From positions 7,843 to 71,842 of the forward strand of contig CAYWNT010000007.1 in assembly GCA_964459725.1 (NCBI GenBank): a DNA stretch of 64,000 nt, read 5' to 3'. Below are positions 35,888 through 44,687 of this stretch, in pieces. The notes under the pieces are model-generated. The model was not told the origin of the DNA and made no database searches. It saw only the letters and a program-made list of their open reading frames with translations. A program made the translations under genes and the position numbers. How positions within the stretch are numbered: the stretch's first letter is position 1; every line of letters starts with the position of its first letter. Origin of the DNA: an uncultured Gammaproteobacteria bacterium (GTDB taxonomy: Bacteria > Patescibacteriota > Patescibacteriia > Patescibacteriales > UBA12075).

Positions 35888-36892
35888 ATGTTTACTTTTT
35901 TAAAAATAATAAAAAAAATTGTAGTAATATTTATCATATTGTTGTTTTTTGTTTTAATCTTTAGCCAGGGCCATGTTCCCGAAAGAGAGGAACTTAAATA
36001 TGGAGTAACATTTTCAAAGAAGCAGGCAATTGATCTCGGACTTGATTGGCAGGATGTGTATTTGGAAATGATTAGTGACTTAGGAGTGAAAAAGTTACGC
36101 ATCTCAGCCTATTGGGACTTGCTGCAAAGTGAAGAGGGGGGTGAGTATGACTGGGTTGACCTAGATTGGCAAATTGAAAAAGCAAGTGAAAACAATGTAG
36201 AGATGATATTGGCTGTTGGTGGTCGTCTTCCTCGCTGGCCAGAGTGTCATTATCCTGAATGGGTGGAAAGACTCGAGAAGAAAGAGAGAGAAGAAAACTC
36301 ATTAGGATACATCGAAGCGGTTATAAATAGATATAAGGACAATGACAATATTGTTTTTTGGCAAGTTGAAAATGAGCCATTTTTGAGATATTTTGGTGAA
36401 TGTCCCGAGTTTGATAGGAAGTTCCTTGATCAGGAAATCGCTTTGGTGCGTAGCCTGGACAAGCGTCCAATAGTTGTTACTGATTCTGGAGAACTGTCAC
36501 TTTGGGTGCCGGCAGCCAAAAGAGCGGATGTATTTGGTACCACCATGTATCTAAATACATATTCTGCCCATCTAGAGAGATATGTTAGTTATCCTATCAC
36601 GCCTGCTTTTTTTAGATTCAAGAAAAATATCGCCAGAGTTTTTTCTAGTCCGGAAAAATGGATAGTTATAGAAATGCAAGGTGAGCCTTGGGGACCGAAA
36701 CCTTTTCAGCATTTAACAAAGGAAGAGAGAGATAGAACAATGGATTTGGAAAAATTTTTAGAGATGATAGAGTTTGGAAGTAAGACTGGATTTGGCGAGT
36801 TCTATTTATGGGGTGTTGAGTGGTGGTACTGGGAAAAAGAAACACAAAACAATCCCGAAATATGGGATGAAGCCAGAGAGCTTTTTAGATAA
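35888..36892 (+). CDS. membrane-anchored glycoside hydrolase, clan GH-A TIM barrel (family not assigned)
   Basis: 334 aa with an N-terminal TM. WQVENEPF (acid/base NEP motif) and a later ..IEMQGEPW.. block. Confidence 0.55.
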   Translation: MFTFLKIIKKIVVIFIILLFFVLIFSQGHVPEREELKYGVTFSKKQAIDLGLDWQDVYLEMISDLGVKKLRISAYWDLLQSEEGGEYDWVDLDWQIEKASENNVEMILAVGGRLPRWPECHYPEWVERLEKKEREENSLGYIEAVINRYKDNDNIVFWQVENEPFLRYFGECPEFDRKFLDQEIALVRSLDKRPIVVTDSGELSLWVPAAKRADVFGTTMYLNTYSAHLERYVSYPITPAFFRFKKNIARVFSSPEKWIVIEMQGEPWGPKPFQHLTKEERDRTMDLEKFLEMIEFGSKTGFGEFYLWGVEWWYWEKETQNNPEIWDEARELFR

Positions 36893-36897
36893 AAAAT

Positions 36898-37758
36898 ATG
36901 CCAGGAAAAAGTTATACAATTGGAATAGATATAGGAGGGACAAACATGAAGGCTATACTTTTTGACGGGAAAAATATAGTAGCTGATTTTATGCTTGGTA
37001 CGCCAAAAGACACCGTAGAGCATTTACTGATAATGATTAATGCCTTGATTGAGCCGCTATCTGAAAAGGCCAAGGAAGACAAGAAGAAAATAGAGGGCAT
37101 TGGATTTAGTATTGCCGGGGTGGTGGATTTTAATGATCGGAAAATAATGAGGGCCCCAAACATTGAAATACTTGACGGCGTCAAACTTGGACAGATGATA
37201 GAGGAGCGATTTGGCTATAAATCAATAGTTGATAATGATGGTAAATGTTTTATTCGAGCGGAAGCCATGCTTGGAGAGGGAAAGAAATACTCTAATATTT
37301 ATGGAATAGCTCTGGGAACAAGTGTTGGTTCTGCCTGGTGGTTGGATGGGGATGTTTATAGGGGATATAGAAATGGCGCTGGTGAAATAGCTCATACTAT
37401 TATAAATTCCTCTGAGGGGCTGAGCCTAGAAAAAGTCTACATGAAGCTAACTCAGGGTAGTCCGGCGAGCCTGGCGGAGCAAGCTTATAGAGGAGACAGT
37501 TTTTCAGTAAAATCATTTGAGGAGCTTGGTCATGTATTAGGAGTGGCCTTTGCAAATGTGGTAAACACACTAGATCCGGAAGTTTTTATTGTTGGCGGAG
37601 GAGTAATGGGGTCTAGCGATTTATTTCTGCCTAGTGCCAAGAAGGCAATGGCAGAGTACATCAATAACCCAGAAGCTAGAAAGATTAAAATACTAAAATC
37701 AAAACTAGGAGCAAATGCGGGCGCAATTGGTGCTGCCTTGCTGGCTGAGCAGATTTAA
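36898..37758 (+). CDS. ROK-family sugar kinase
   Basis: 286 aa. IGIDIGGTNMKA ATP-binding motif and ..DNDGKCF.. / ..GAGEIAH.. blocks. Confidence 0.85.
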   Translation: MPGKSYTIGIDIGGTNMKAILFDGKNIVADFMLGTPKDTVEHLLIMINALIEPLSEKAKEDKKKIEGIGFSIAGVVDFNDRKIMRAPNIEILDGVKLGQMIEERFGYKSIVDNDGKCFIRAEAMLGEGKKYSNIYGIALGTSVGSAWWLDGDVYRGYRNGAGEIAHTIINSSEGLSLEKVYMKLTQGSPASLAEQAYRGDSFSVKSFEELGHVLGVAFANVVNTLDPEVFIVGGGVMGSSDLFLPSAKKAMAEYINNPEARKIKILKSKLGANAGAIGAALLAEQI

Positions 37759-37875
37759 AATCACTTTTAGTTTCGAATAGGTGATGAGGGTCTGTTTTTT
37801 TGTTTTCAAAAAACAAGAAAAAAATAAAAGCTCCAACCGAAGTTGGAGCTAGAGATATTTTTTTCTAGCTAGTTT

Positions 37876-38145
37876 TTAAAGATTTTTAACAAAACAGAGT
37901 TGAGATTTTTCACATTTTATTTTTATTTTACTTTTGGGGTTATCAAAATTAAAATTTTTTTTCAGGAGATCGAAGTCTCCGTTTTTTAATTTTTCAATAA
38001 GCTTTTCAGCTTGTTCTAAGGCCTCTTTTTTATCCTGAGCTGATATCAAAATTTGAAGATTTTTAAACGAGCTCATCGTGTCACCGTTCAAGTCAGTCCA
38101 AGTAGCATCAACCCAAGTATTTAAATGCCAAATTTCATCATTCAT
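37876..38145 (-). CDS. hypothetical small protein
   Basis: 89 aa. Strong SD (GGGGGAAGGGGG) upstream of the ATG. Confidence 0.55.
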   Translation of the reverse strand: MNDEIWHLNTWVDATWTDLNGDTMSSFKNLQILISAQDKKEALEQAEKLIEKLKNGDFDLLKKNFNFDNPKSKIKIKCEKSQLCFVKNL

Positions 38146-38170
38146 GCCCCCTTCCCCCTTTTTTATTGAT

Positions 38171-38208
38171 AATGTATATACATATGTTTAAACATATGTA
38201 TATACATT
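38171..38208. repeat. perfect 38-bp palindrome (19+19): aatgtatatacatatgttt|aaacatatgtatatacatt
   Basis: Verified base by base. Lies between the two small minus-strand genes, over the likely promoter of 37876..38145. Confidence 0.95.
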
Positions 38209-38226
38209 GAAAAGTTAACCCGAATT

Positions 38227-38421
38227 TTATTTTAGAACAATAACGTCCAAGAAGTCAGGCATTTTTACAATTACATCATCATGCTTTTGTAAACACAAAA
38301 TTGGATATTCTTTGTAGCCTTTTGGTGATCGCTTAATCTTGATATAAACCGGGACTTCATCGTGATCAAGGTGTTGAAAGCAAATAAAAGATTTTCCGTC
38401 TTCTAAATTTTTAAGAAGCAT
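38227..38421 (-). CDS. hypothetical small protein
   Basis: 64 aa. GGGAGGG SD upstream of the ATG. Confidence 0.5.
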   Translation of the reverse strand: MLLKNLEDGKSFICFQHLDHDEVPVYIKIKRSPKGYKEYPILCLQKHDDVIVKMPDFLDVIVLK

Positions 38422-38700
38422 ATTAACCCTCCCTTGTTAAATAATTAAAGATTTTACTCTTTAAAGATATTTAACAATATCAAAATGTTGCTAGTTTGTC
38501 AATTTTTTCTTTGTAGGCATGCTTGACAGAGACATGTATTTCATATAAAAAAAGATTAAATATCCTGATTGTAAAAAAGTAACACTAGTAAACTACCGCC
38601 ACTTTCTTGTAGGTTTAGAAGTTTTTCTTTTTAAGCAATCACGTAAGCAAGAGGCTATTTACAGGAATCAAGAAAGTGGCAACCTCTAAAGGAGACATAG

Positions 38701-39030
38701 ATGAGAAAGAGAGAAATAGTAAATTGGGAAAAAGTTGTTTGTGATATTAGAGGAAAACATTTGATGGATTTGCGCTTCGTATTTCCTGGGCATGTGAAAA
38801 TGAAAAGGCAAGGATTGTTTATGTATAAAATGTTTTGTCCTTTTCACAAAGAAAAAACCCCTTCTTTTGTTTATTTTGTAGAAAGCAGGCGATGGCATTG
38901 CTTTGGATGCGGTGACCATGGTGGTATAATAGAATTCTACATGAAAAAGAAAAACGTTTCTTTTAGAAGTGCCGTTGTGGATCTAGCAAAGATTTTTAAG
39001 ATTAAATTTAAGTGGGAAAACATCAAATGA
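38701..39030 (+). CDS. stand-alone DnaG-type CHC2 zinc-finger protein
   Basis: 109 aa. CPFHKEKTPSF..(10)..CFGCGDHGGIIEF matches the primase CHC2 zinc-finger signature. No TOPRIM or helicase-binding part. AAGGAG SD. Confidence 0.8.
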   Translation: MRKREIVNWEKVVCDIRGKHLMDLRFVFPGHVKMKRQGLFMYKMFCPFHKEKTPSFVYFVESRRWHCFGCGDHGGIIEFYMKKKNVSFRSAVVDLAKIFKIKFKWENIK

Positions 39031-39140
39031 GCCAAGACAAATAATGTCCTGGCTCTTTTTTATTATTAGGAAATTTTGAGAATAAATTAGTTTATTTTTC
39101 CTTTATTTTTTATTCATCAGTCTTCTGGCATAATCAAATT

Positions 39141-41795
39141 ATGTCAAAAGAATTATTAAACATACTTAAATTAATAATATTTGGCGTAGCTTTAGTTGCT
39201 TGGCCGGGTTTTGTTTTGGCTGATGTCCGAATCAGCGAAATAGCCTGGATGGGGACGGATGCTTCCAATAATGATGAATGGATAGAGCTTCACAACAGTT
39301 CAGGTGAGAGCATGGATTTGGATGGCTGGACTCTGACAGCTCAAGACGGATCACCAAGTATAAATCTAACCGGCGTTATAGATATGGCCGGTTTTTATTT
39401 ACTTGAGCGGAGTGATGATGAGACTGTTCCGGCAGTTTCAGCCGACCTTATTTATTCTGGAGCATTGGGAAACTCAGGAGAGGTGTTGGAGCTCAGGAAT
39501 GCTAGTGGGACAGTGATTGATATAGTGAACATGAATAGTGAATGGACTTGTGGTGATAATGATGCGAAATTGGTTTGTGTTTGGGGTGGAGCGAGTTGGT
39601 TTACCGGGACTGGAACTCCAGCTAGTGAAAATGTGATAGAGGTGGAAGACATGAGCACTACTTCCCCAGAAGATGATTTAGAATACGAAGATGATGATCT
39701 GTCGGTAGAAGAAGCTACCGATACTGAAAACTCCCCTCAATCCTCTGTGCAACCTACAGAAAAAAGTTATCTTTTGGGTGATGTGGTGATAAACGAATTT
39801 GTTTCAGATCCGGCTGATGATGATGTCGAGTGGGTGGAGCTTTTTAATAATGCCCCAGAAGACATTAGTCTGGATTCTTGGAGTATTGAAGAGGGCAGCG
39901 GAAAGCAAACCAGTCTAGAAGGTTTGATTTATTCGAAAAAATATTATGTAATAGAAAAGCCGAAAGGTAATCTAAATAACAAAGGAGATATTATAATCCT
40001 TCGTGATGGCAATGAAAATTTAATTGATCAGGTGGTGTATGGGAATTGGGATGACGGGCAAGAGGATGACAATGCTCCAGTAGCCAAGGATCCCTTAAGT
40101 ATTGCCAGGAAGATAGATGGATATACGAGCTATAATAACTCTTTTGATTTTGTAGAAACTGAGAGCCCAACAAAAGACGCTGGCAATATTATCACAAACA
40201 AAGAAACACAAGATGATTTGTCAGTTGACGAAGAGCAACAACTTGATGACAATAATAATGCAACTAGTAGTGGCATGGTGGAGGATGAACAAAGAATTGA
40301 TTTCTTCTATCCAGAAAAAATTGAAGCACTAATTCCCGCCAGCTTCAAGAGTACAACTACCAACATTGATCTTGTGGGAATTAAATATCACTGGAATTTT
40401 GGAGATGGTATAGAGCTCAGCTTGCCAAATCCTGAGCATACTTTTTTACTTCCTGGAGAATATGATGTTCAATTAATTATTACCACTGAAACTGAGGAGT
40501 ATAAAGTAAATAAAAAAATTATAGTTACTGGAGATCAAGAAAGTAACAACGCAACAAACGAAAACATTATTATAAACGAAATATTGCCAAATCCTTATGG
40601 TAGCGATTACGACGGAGAGTGGGTGGAGATATATAACAGTACCGGCGCGGCAGTGAATTTATCCAACTGGCAGCTCGATGATAGTGCGGGAGGAAGTAAG
40701 CCATATGTATTTACTGATGATATAATGATTGACCCGGGTGATTTTTTCCTTATTAGTCGGGAAGACACCGGAATTGCTATGAACAATTTGGATGATGAGG
40801 TTGTTTTATTTAACGAAGATGGTGAGATAGTAGACAGGGTAGAGTATATAGAGACACAGGAAGGAGAGTCATTTGCCAGAATGGAAAATGGTGATTGGTC
40901 CTGGTCAGAGTATATCACTCCGGGTGAGAAGAATAGTCTACCAATTGACGGAGAACAATCAATAGAGGAGGTAGAGTTGATATTTAGTTCAGTGGAGCCA
41001 ATGAGTGAAGATGTAAATATGCACATCCCTAGAATTATTTACTTTGATGATATAGAGACACTTGAAAAAGGAGAGTATGTTCTCATAGAGGGGCATGTTG
41101 CAGTGATGCCTGGCATACTCGGCTCTCAGTATTTCTATATAGTAGATAAAGAAGATTCAAACGGAGTACAGATATATAGTCATAAAAAGAAATTTCCCCA
41201 GATGAACATTGGAGATCTGGTGGAGATCATAGGAGAAGTGTCAGAGATAAATGGCGAGAAGAGAATAAAGATTTCAGAAATGAATAATATTCGCGTGTTA
41301 GGACATGGAACAAGTATAACTCCAGAGAAGATTGTATGTGAAGATATAAATGAAACTCAAGCAGGAAGGCTAGTTGAGGTCGAGGGTGAGATAGTTGAGG
41401 TGAAGGGTTCTAGTGTTTTTCTAGATGATGGTATCGATGAAGTGAAAATCTTTGTCAAAAAAACCACAGATATAGACAAGAGCGTCTTTGTGGAAGGTGA
41501 TACATTCTCAGTTGTTGGCATTGTAAGTCTATCTAGATCAGGAGTGAGAATTCTACCAAGGTCAATTGATGATATATTGGTAAAAAACAAGGCAGAAGAA
41601 AAAACACAAGAAGAGGCATCTGGAGAATCTCGTGTTTTGGGTGAAACGATCGAGGCAGACGAATGGGGATTGGAAAAACGGGGAAATGGAGAGAGGATAA
41701 TAAAATATGCGTTAGTGATTTTTGCAAGTAGCATGGCGATTATCATCTTGTTTATAAAAAAGAAGAAGAAATATCAGGATAAAATTGTTACGTAA
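39141..41795 (+). CDS. surface-anchored lamin-tail-domain (LTD) repeat protein with a PKD-like domain, OB-fold-like C-terminal modules and a C-terminal TM anchor
   Basis: 884 aa. Three LTD-like units (..ISEIAWMG..NDEWIELHN.., ..VINEFVSDP..VEWVELFN.., ..IINEILPNP..GEWVEIYN..). PKD-like YHWNFGDG. C-terminal TM followed by KKKKK. Confidence 0.8.
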   Translation: MSKELLNILKLIIFGVALVAWPGFVLADVRISEIAWMGTDASNNDEWIELHNSSGESMDLDGWTLTAQDGSPSINLTGVIDMAGFYLLERSDDETVPAVSADLIYSGALGNSGEVLELRNASGTVIDIVNMNSEWTCGDNDAKLVCVWGGASWFTGTGTPASENVIEVEDMSTTSPEDDLEYEDDDLSVEEATDTENSPQSSVQPTEKSYLLGDVVINEFVSDPADDDVEWVELFNNAPEDISLDSWSIEEGSGKQTSLEGLIYSKKYYVIEKPKGNLNNKGDIIILRDGNENLIDQVVYGNWDDGQEDDNAPVAKDPLSIARKIDGYTSYNNSFDFVETESPTKDAGNIITNKETQDDLSVDEEQQLDDNNNATSSGMVEDEQRIDFFYPEKIEALIPASFKSTTTNIDLVGIKYHWNFGDGIELSLPNPEHTFLLPGEYDVQLIITTETEEYKVNKKIIVTGDQESNNATNENIIINEILPNPYGSDYDGEWVEIYNSTGAAVNLSNWQLDDSAGGSKPYVFTDDIMIDPGDFFLISREDTGIAMNNLDDEVVLFNEDGEIVDRVEYIETQEGESFARMENGDWSWSEYITPGEKNSLPIDGEQSIEEVELIFSSVEPMSEDVNMHIPRIIYFDDIETLEKGEYVLIEGHVAVMPGILGSQYFYIVDKEDSNGVQIYSHKKKFPQMNIGDLVEIIGEVSEINGEKRIKISEMNNIRVLGHGTSITPEKIVCEDINETQAGRLVEVEGEIVEVKGSSVFLDDGIDEVKIFVKKTTDIDKSVFVEGDTFSVVGIVSLSRSGVRILPRSIDDILVKNKAEEKTQEEASGESRVLGETIEADEWGLEKRGNGERIIKYALVIFASSMAIIILFIKKKKKYQDKIVT

Positions 41796-41799
41796 CAAA

Positions 41800-41845
41800 T
41801 AAAAAAAGACCCGCTACGAATTTGATATTCGTAAAACGGGTCAGA
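41800..41845. terminator. bidirectional terminator between convergent genes
   Basis: Outer stem gacccg/cgggtc enclosing tacgaat/attcgta, with a flanking A-run. Confidence 0.6.
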
Positions 41846-41856
41846 GATCAGAGAAG

Positions 41857-42081
41857 TTAAACTTGGGGAGGTATTAGCTTGTGCCATGCCTCCAGGCTTA
41901 AAAAAACTGGAACATCACCATTATCTTTCTTCTCTCCATTGCCGGAATAAGCTACTTTGCCTGCTCTTACTTCACTTCCAAACTGTTTTTTCATGTAGTT
42001 TCTGAGTACAGACTGAGGCACATTCCTCAGAAATACTTCATTTTTACCACATTCTGGGTGATTGTCGTTAAAACTTGGCAT
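41857..42081 (-). CDS. hypothetical small protein
   Basis: 74 aa with GGAGGAGG SD. Own promoter: TTGACA (42156-42161) / TAAAAT (42134-42139). Confidence 0.6.
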   Translation of the reverse strand: MPSFNDNHPECGKNEVFLRNVPQSVLRNYMKKQFGSEVRAGKVAYSGNGEKKDNGDVPVFLSLEAWHKLIPPQV

Positions 42082-42203
42082 AACCTCCTCCTTTTATTAT
42101 ATTTAAAAACGGAGCATTATTTAGTTTTCCGTTATTTTAGCATAAAATTCGTTTTTGTCAAGTTAGAAAAATAAAAATCCCCGATAGTTGCTACCGAGGA
42201 TTA

Positions 42204-42494
42204 TTAGTTCTTTTTTGTGGAGGGCATGATTTTACTCTTCCTTTTTTCATTTGTCTCATCATCGAGTTTTTTTACCCCTATTAAAAATGAAAGCATGTGA
42301 TCAGCTCCAGCTAGGGCTACCAGTCTTTCTCCCCGAGAAAGAATTTGCCAATTTTTAATAACAAAATCTGGCAAATAACATACCAGGCTTTCTTTGTCGG
42401 TTTTGGCAATTTCATTTGAGCCTAAAAGAGCATGGAATTCTTTTTTTTGTTCTGGAGATTTGTAAGCTAGGTTATGAGCAAATTTCTCTGTCAT
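42204..42494 (-). CDS. hypothetical small protein
   Basis: AAAGGAGAAAG SD before ATG 42494 (96 aa). The track ORF is extended to 42536. Confidence 0.55.
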   Translation of the reverse strand: MTEKFAHNLAYKSPEQKKEFHALLGSNEIAKTDKESLVCYLPDFVIKNWQILSRGERLVALAGADHMLSFLIGVKKLDDETNEKRKSKIMPSTKKN

Positions 42495-42575
42495 TTTCTT
42501 TCTCCTTTTGTCTAAGGATAAGATTTTGAAAATCACAAAATCTCGAAGTTGTAATTTTGTTTTTGAAAACTGAGG

Positions 42576-42881
42576 TTAAAATTGTGCCAATGTCAAAAAT
42601 TCATACATCCCATTTTTTCTTGCCCAGTCTTCAAGACTTAATTCAGAGCTGTGATCATTTAACATTCCAAAATTTGGAAGATAATTTTCTTCGGCCTCTA
42701 TTTTTCCTCGTTCTATACTTTCGGTGTCAAAAGTTGCCAAAGAGCCAATCAGTATGTTCTTGTTGGGAAGTGGTCCACATGAACTTTTCTGAAGGGCGTC
42801 TAGGAAGACTTTCCATGTAGCTAAACCATCTACTCTTCCCCAAATCTGATTCGACTCGAACCAAAATTGTACAAACTTCAT
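42576..42881 (-). CDS. hypothetical small protein
   Basis: 101 aa with AAGGAGGG SD. Promoter: TTGACA (42964-42969) / TAAAAT (42942-42947). Confidence 0.6.
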   Translation of the reverse strand: MKFVQFWFESNQIWGRVDGLATWKVFLDALQKSSCGPLPNKNILIGSLATFDTESIERGKIEAEENYLPNFGMLNDHSSELSLEDWARKNGMYEFLTLAQF

Positions 42882-43110
42882 TTTACCCTCCTTTTTTTTA
42901 GAGATTAAAAGAACGTGGCGAGATAATTAAGTAGTAGCCTTATTTTATCATTGGTTGTTTTTTTGTCAAGAACGATGGTTTGTAGTTTTAATTGAGTATT
43001 GGAAGAGTAGAGATAATCACGACAGAATAGTATTTTTAGGATGTGTGTTTGATATCGAAAATTAAAAAACCCCCCGAAAAGCATATTAGTGCGATTCGGG
43101 GAGTGAGTGA

Positions 43111-43368
43111 TTATGCCTCTTTTATTTCAAATGGCTGATTTTCATTGAGACTATTGTTGCAAAACTCATCCCAGGCAGTTACCACGGTGGGTTCTGATAA
43201 TTTATGAGACGAGGCAATGACTGCGCATTGATCGTTGGTCGAATGATTAATGGTTTGAATGGTAGGACAATTGATTCCATTAAATACTGCCTCAAGAGCT
43301 TGTTGAATTTCTTCAAAATCCGGCTCCCCTTTCCAATCCCAAGACACAATACAACATTTCGCCTCCAT
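43111..43368 (-). CDS. hypothetical small protein
   Basis: 85 aa with AAGGAGGG SD. Promoter: TTGACA (43437-43442) / TAAAAT (43414-43419). Confidence 0.6.
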   Translation of the reverse strand: MEAKCCIVSWDWKGEPDFEEIQQALEAVFNGINCPTIQTINHSTNDQCAVIASSHKLSEPTVVTAWDEFCNNSLNENQPFEIKEA

Positions 43369-43596
43369 TTTTAACCCTCCTTTAAATAGTTGTTTGATTA
43401 ACTTTGATATGATATTTTAGCATGGATTTATATGTTTGTCAATAGAAGATTTTCGATTTTTAAGATAACGTTGTAAGTAAATTAAATAAATTAGGTAGTT
43501 TTATTCTTAACAAGATTTATGTTCGAAGTTTAGAAGAGTAGATGGTTTGTTGTTTTGATTGAATATTGGTAAAATAGAAATAACATTGTTTTATAA

Positions 43597-44019
43597 GTGA
43601 AAAATTTTATGTCATTTTTAAGAATAAATATTTTGATTTTTGCCTTGATGTCTATTGCATTAATTTTGGGTGGGTGCAATAATTCGATTGATGTTGGTGT
43701 GAATGAAGATATTGAGTTAAAAATTCATAATAAATACCCTGATAATTTAAAAGTTCAAAAAGTTTTAATTAATTTTGCCAAGGAATTAGAAAAAATTTTA
43801 ATTGTTGAAAATCTTGAACAAATTAATTTAAATGAGTATTTAATTTCAGTTGATTGTATCTCCCGGGAATCTGACAACTCATTTGATGATATAGGCTATG
43901 TTGAAAATCTTGTGTTTAATACTGATCAAAAAAAGAAGAAATATGAAAAGTTTAATCAGTCTCAATCCGGTAAATTTTTTGGAAACGAATATGAGGAAGA
44001 ATTAAATTGTGATTTTTAA
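43597..44019 (+). CDS. putative lipoprotein
   Basis: 140 aa. Signal peptide ending in the lipobox-like LILGGC. Confidence 0.55.
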   Translation: MKNFMSFLRINILIFALMSIALILGGCNNSIDVGVNEDIELKIHNKYPDNLKVQKVLINFAKELEKILIVENLEQINLNEYLISVDCISRESDNSFDDIGYVENLVFNTDQKKKKYEKFNQSQSGKFFGNEYEEELNCDF

Positions 44020-44036
44020 TAATTAAATTTTATTAT

Positions 44037-44282
44037 ATGAAAAAAATAATTATTATTTTAGTTTTGATTTTGGTAACAGGATGCACGCATCAAGAGCCCA
44101 TTAATAAGCCAAACGACAATTTAACACAAGCGGAAAAATATTGCATATTAAAAGGTGGAAAAATTGAAATTAATATACGAGAAGATAGAGAGGTTAAGAC
44201 TTGTTTTGTAAATGATGGAGTGGACGGAATTAGGTGTGATGTTGATTATTTTTTTGAGAAAAAATGTGGACATCAGAAATAA
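44037..44282 (+). CDS. DUF333-like small lipoprotein
   Basis: 81 aa. Lipobox LVTGC. AEKYCILKGGKIEI..TCFVNDG..RCDVDYFFEKKC resembles the DUF333 Cys pattern. Confidence 0.55.
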   Translation: MKKIIIILVLILVTGCTHQEPINKPNDNLTQAEKYCILKGGKIEINIREDREVKTCFVNDGVDGIRCDVDYFFEKKCGHQK

Positions 44283-44337
44283 ACTTTAAACTCTATAAAA
44301 ATAGTCTGCGCAGTAATTAAAATCGATAAAATTTTGT

Positions 44338-44607
44338 ATGGAAATTAAATTAATCAAAGAAAAAAAAGAAGATAAGAATTACCAAGCTGAAGATTTTAAG
44401 ATTTATTATAGGCACAAAGGAATGATAGCCGGAGATAATTCTTTAAACGCAGAAGAGCTTATATATCTGATTTCAGGTTCGACTGAGGTTGCCCTGGAAG
44501 ATGATACATGGGTAGTAGAAGCTCCAGCAAAGATTGAATTTCCCGCGAAGACATACCACAAGTTAAAAGCTTTGACTGATATTGCCTTTGTGTTGTTTGA
44601 GAAATAG
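44338..44607 (+). CDS. small cupin-like protein (weak)
   Basis: 89 aa. Beta-rich pattern ..ELIYLISGSTEVAL..FPAKTYHKLKAL... Confidence 0.4.
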   Translation: MEIKLIKEKKEDKNYQAEDFKIYYRHKGMIAGDNSLNAEELIYLISGSTEVALEDDTWVVEAPAKIEFPAKTYHKLKALTDIAFVLFEK

Positions 44608-44687
44608 AAAATAAAATATTTTGATAATCCAACAATTATGTTATAATCTATATGTAATATAGATTTTTTTATTATATTAATATTGTT

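Noticed and set aside
42557-42820. 87-aa plus-strand ORF.
   Set aside because: It overlaps the minus-strand gene 42576..42881, which has a consensus promoter and an AAGGAGGG SD. The plus-strand ORF has neither.
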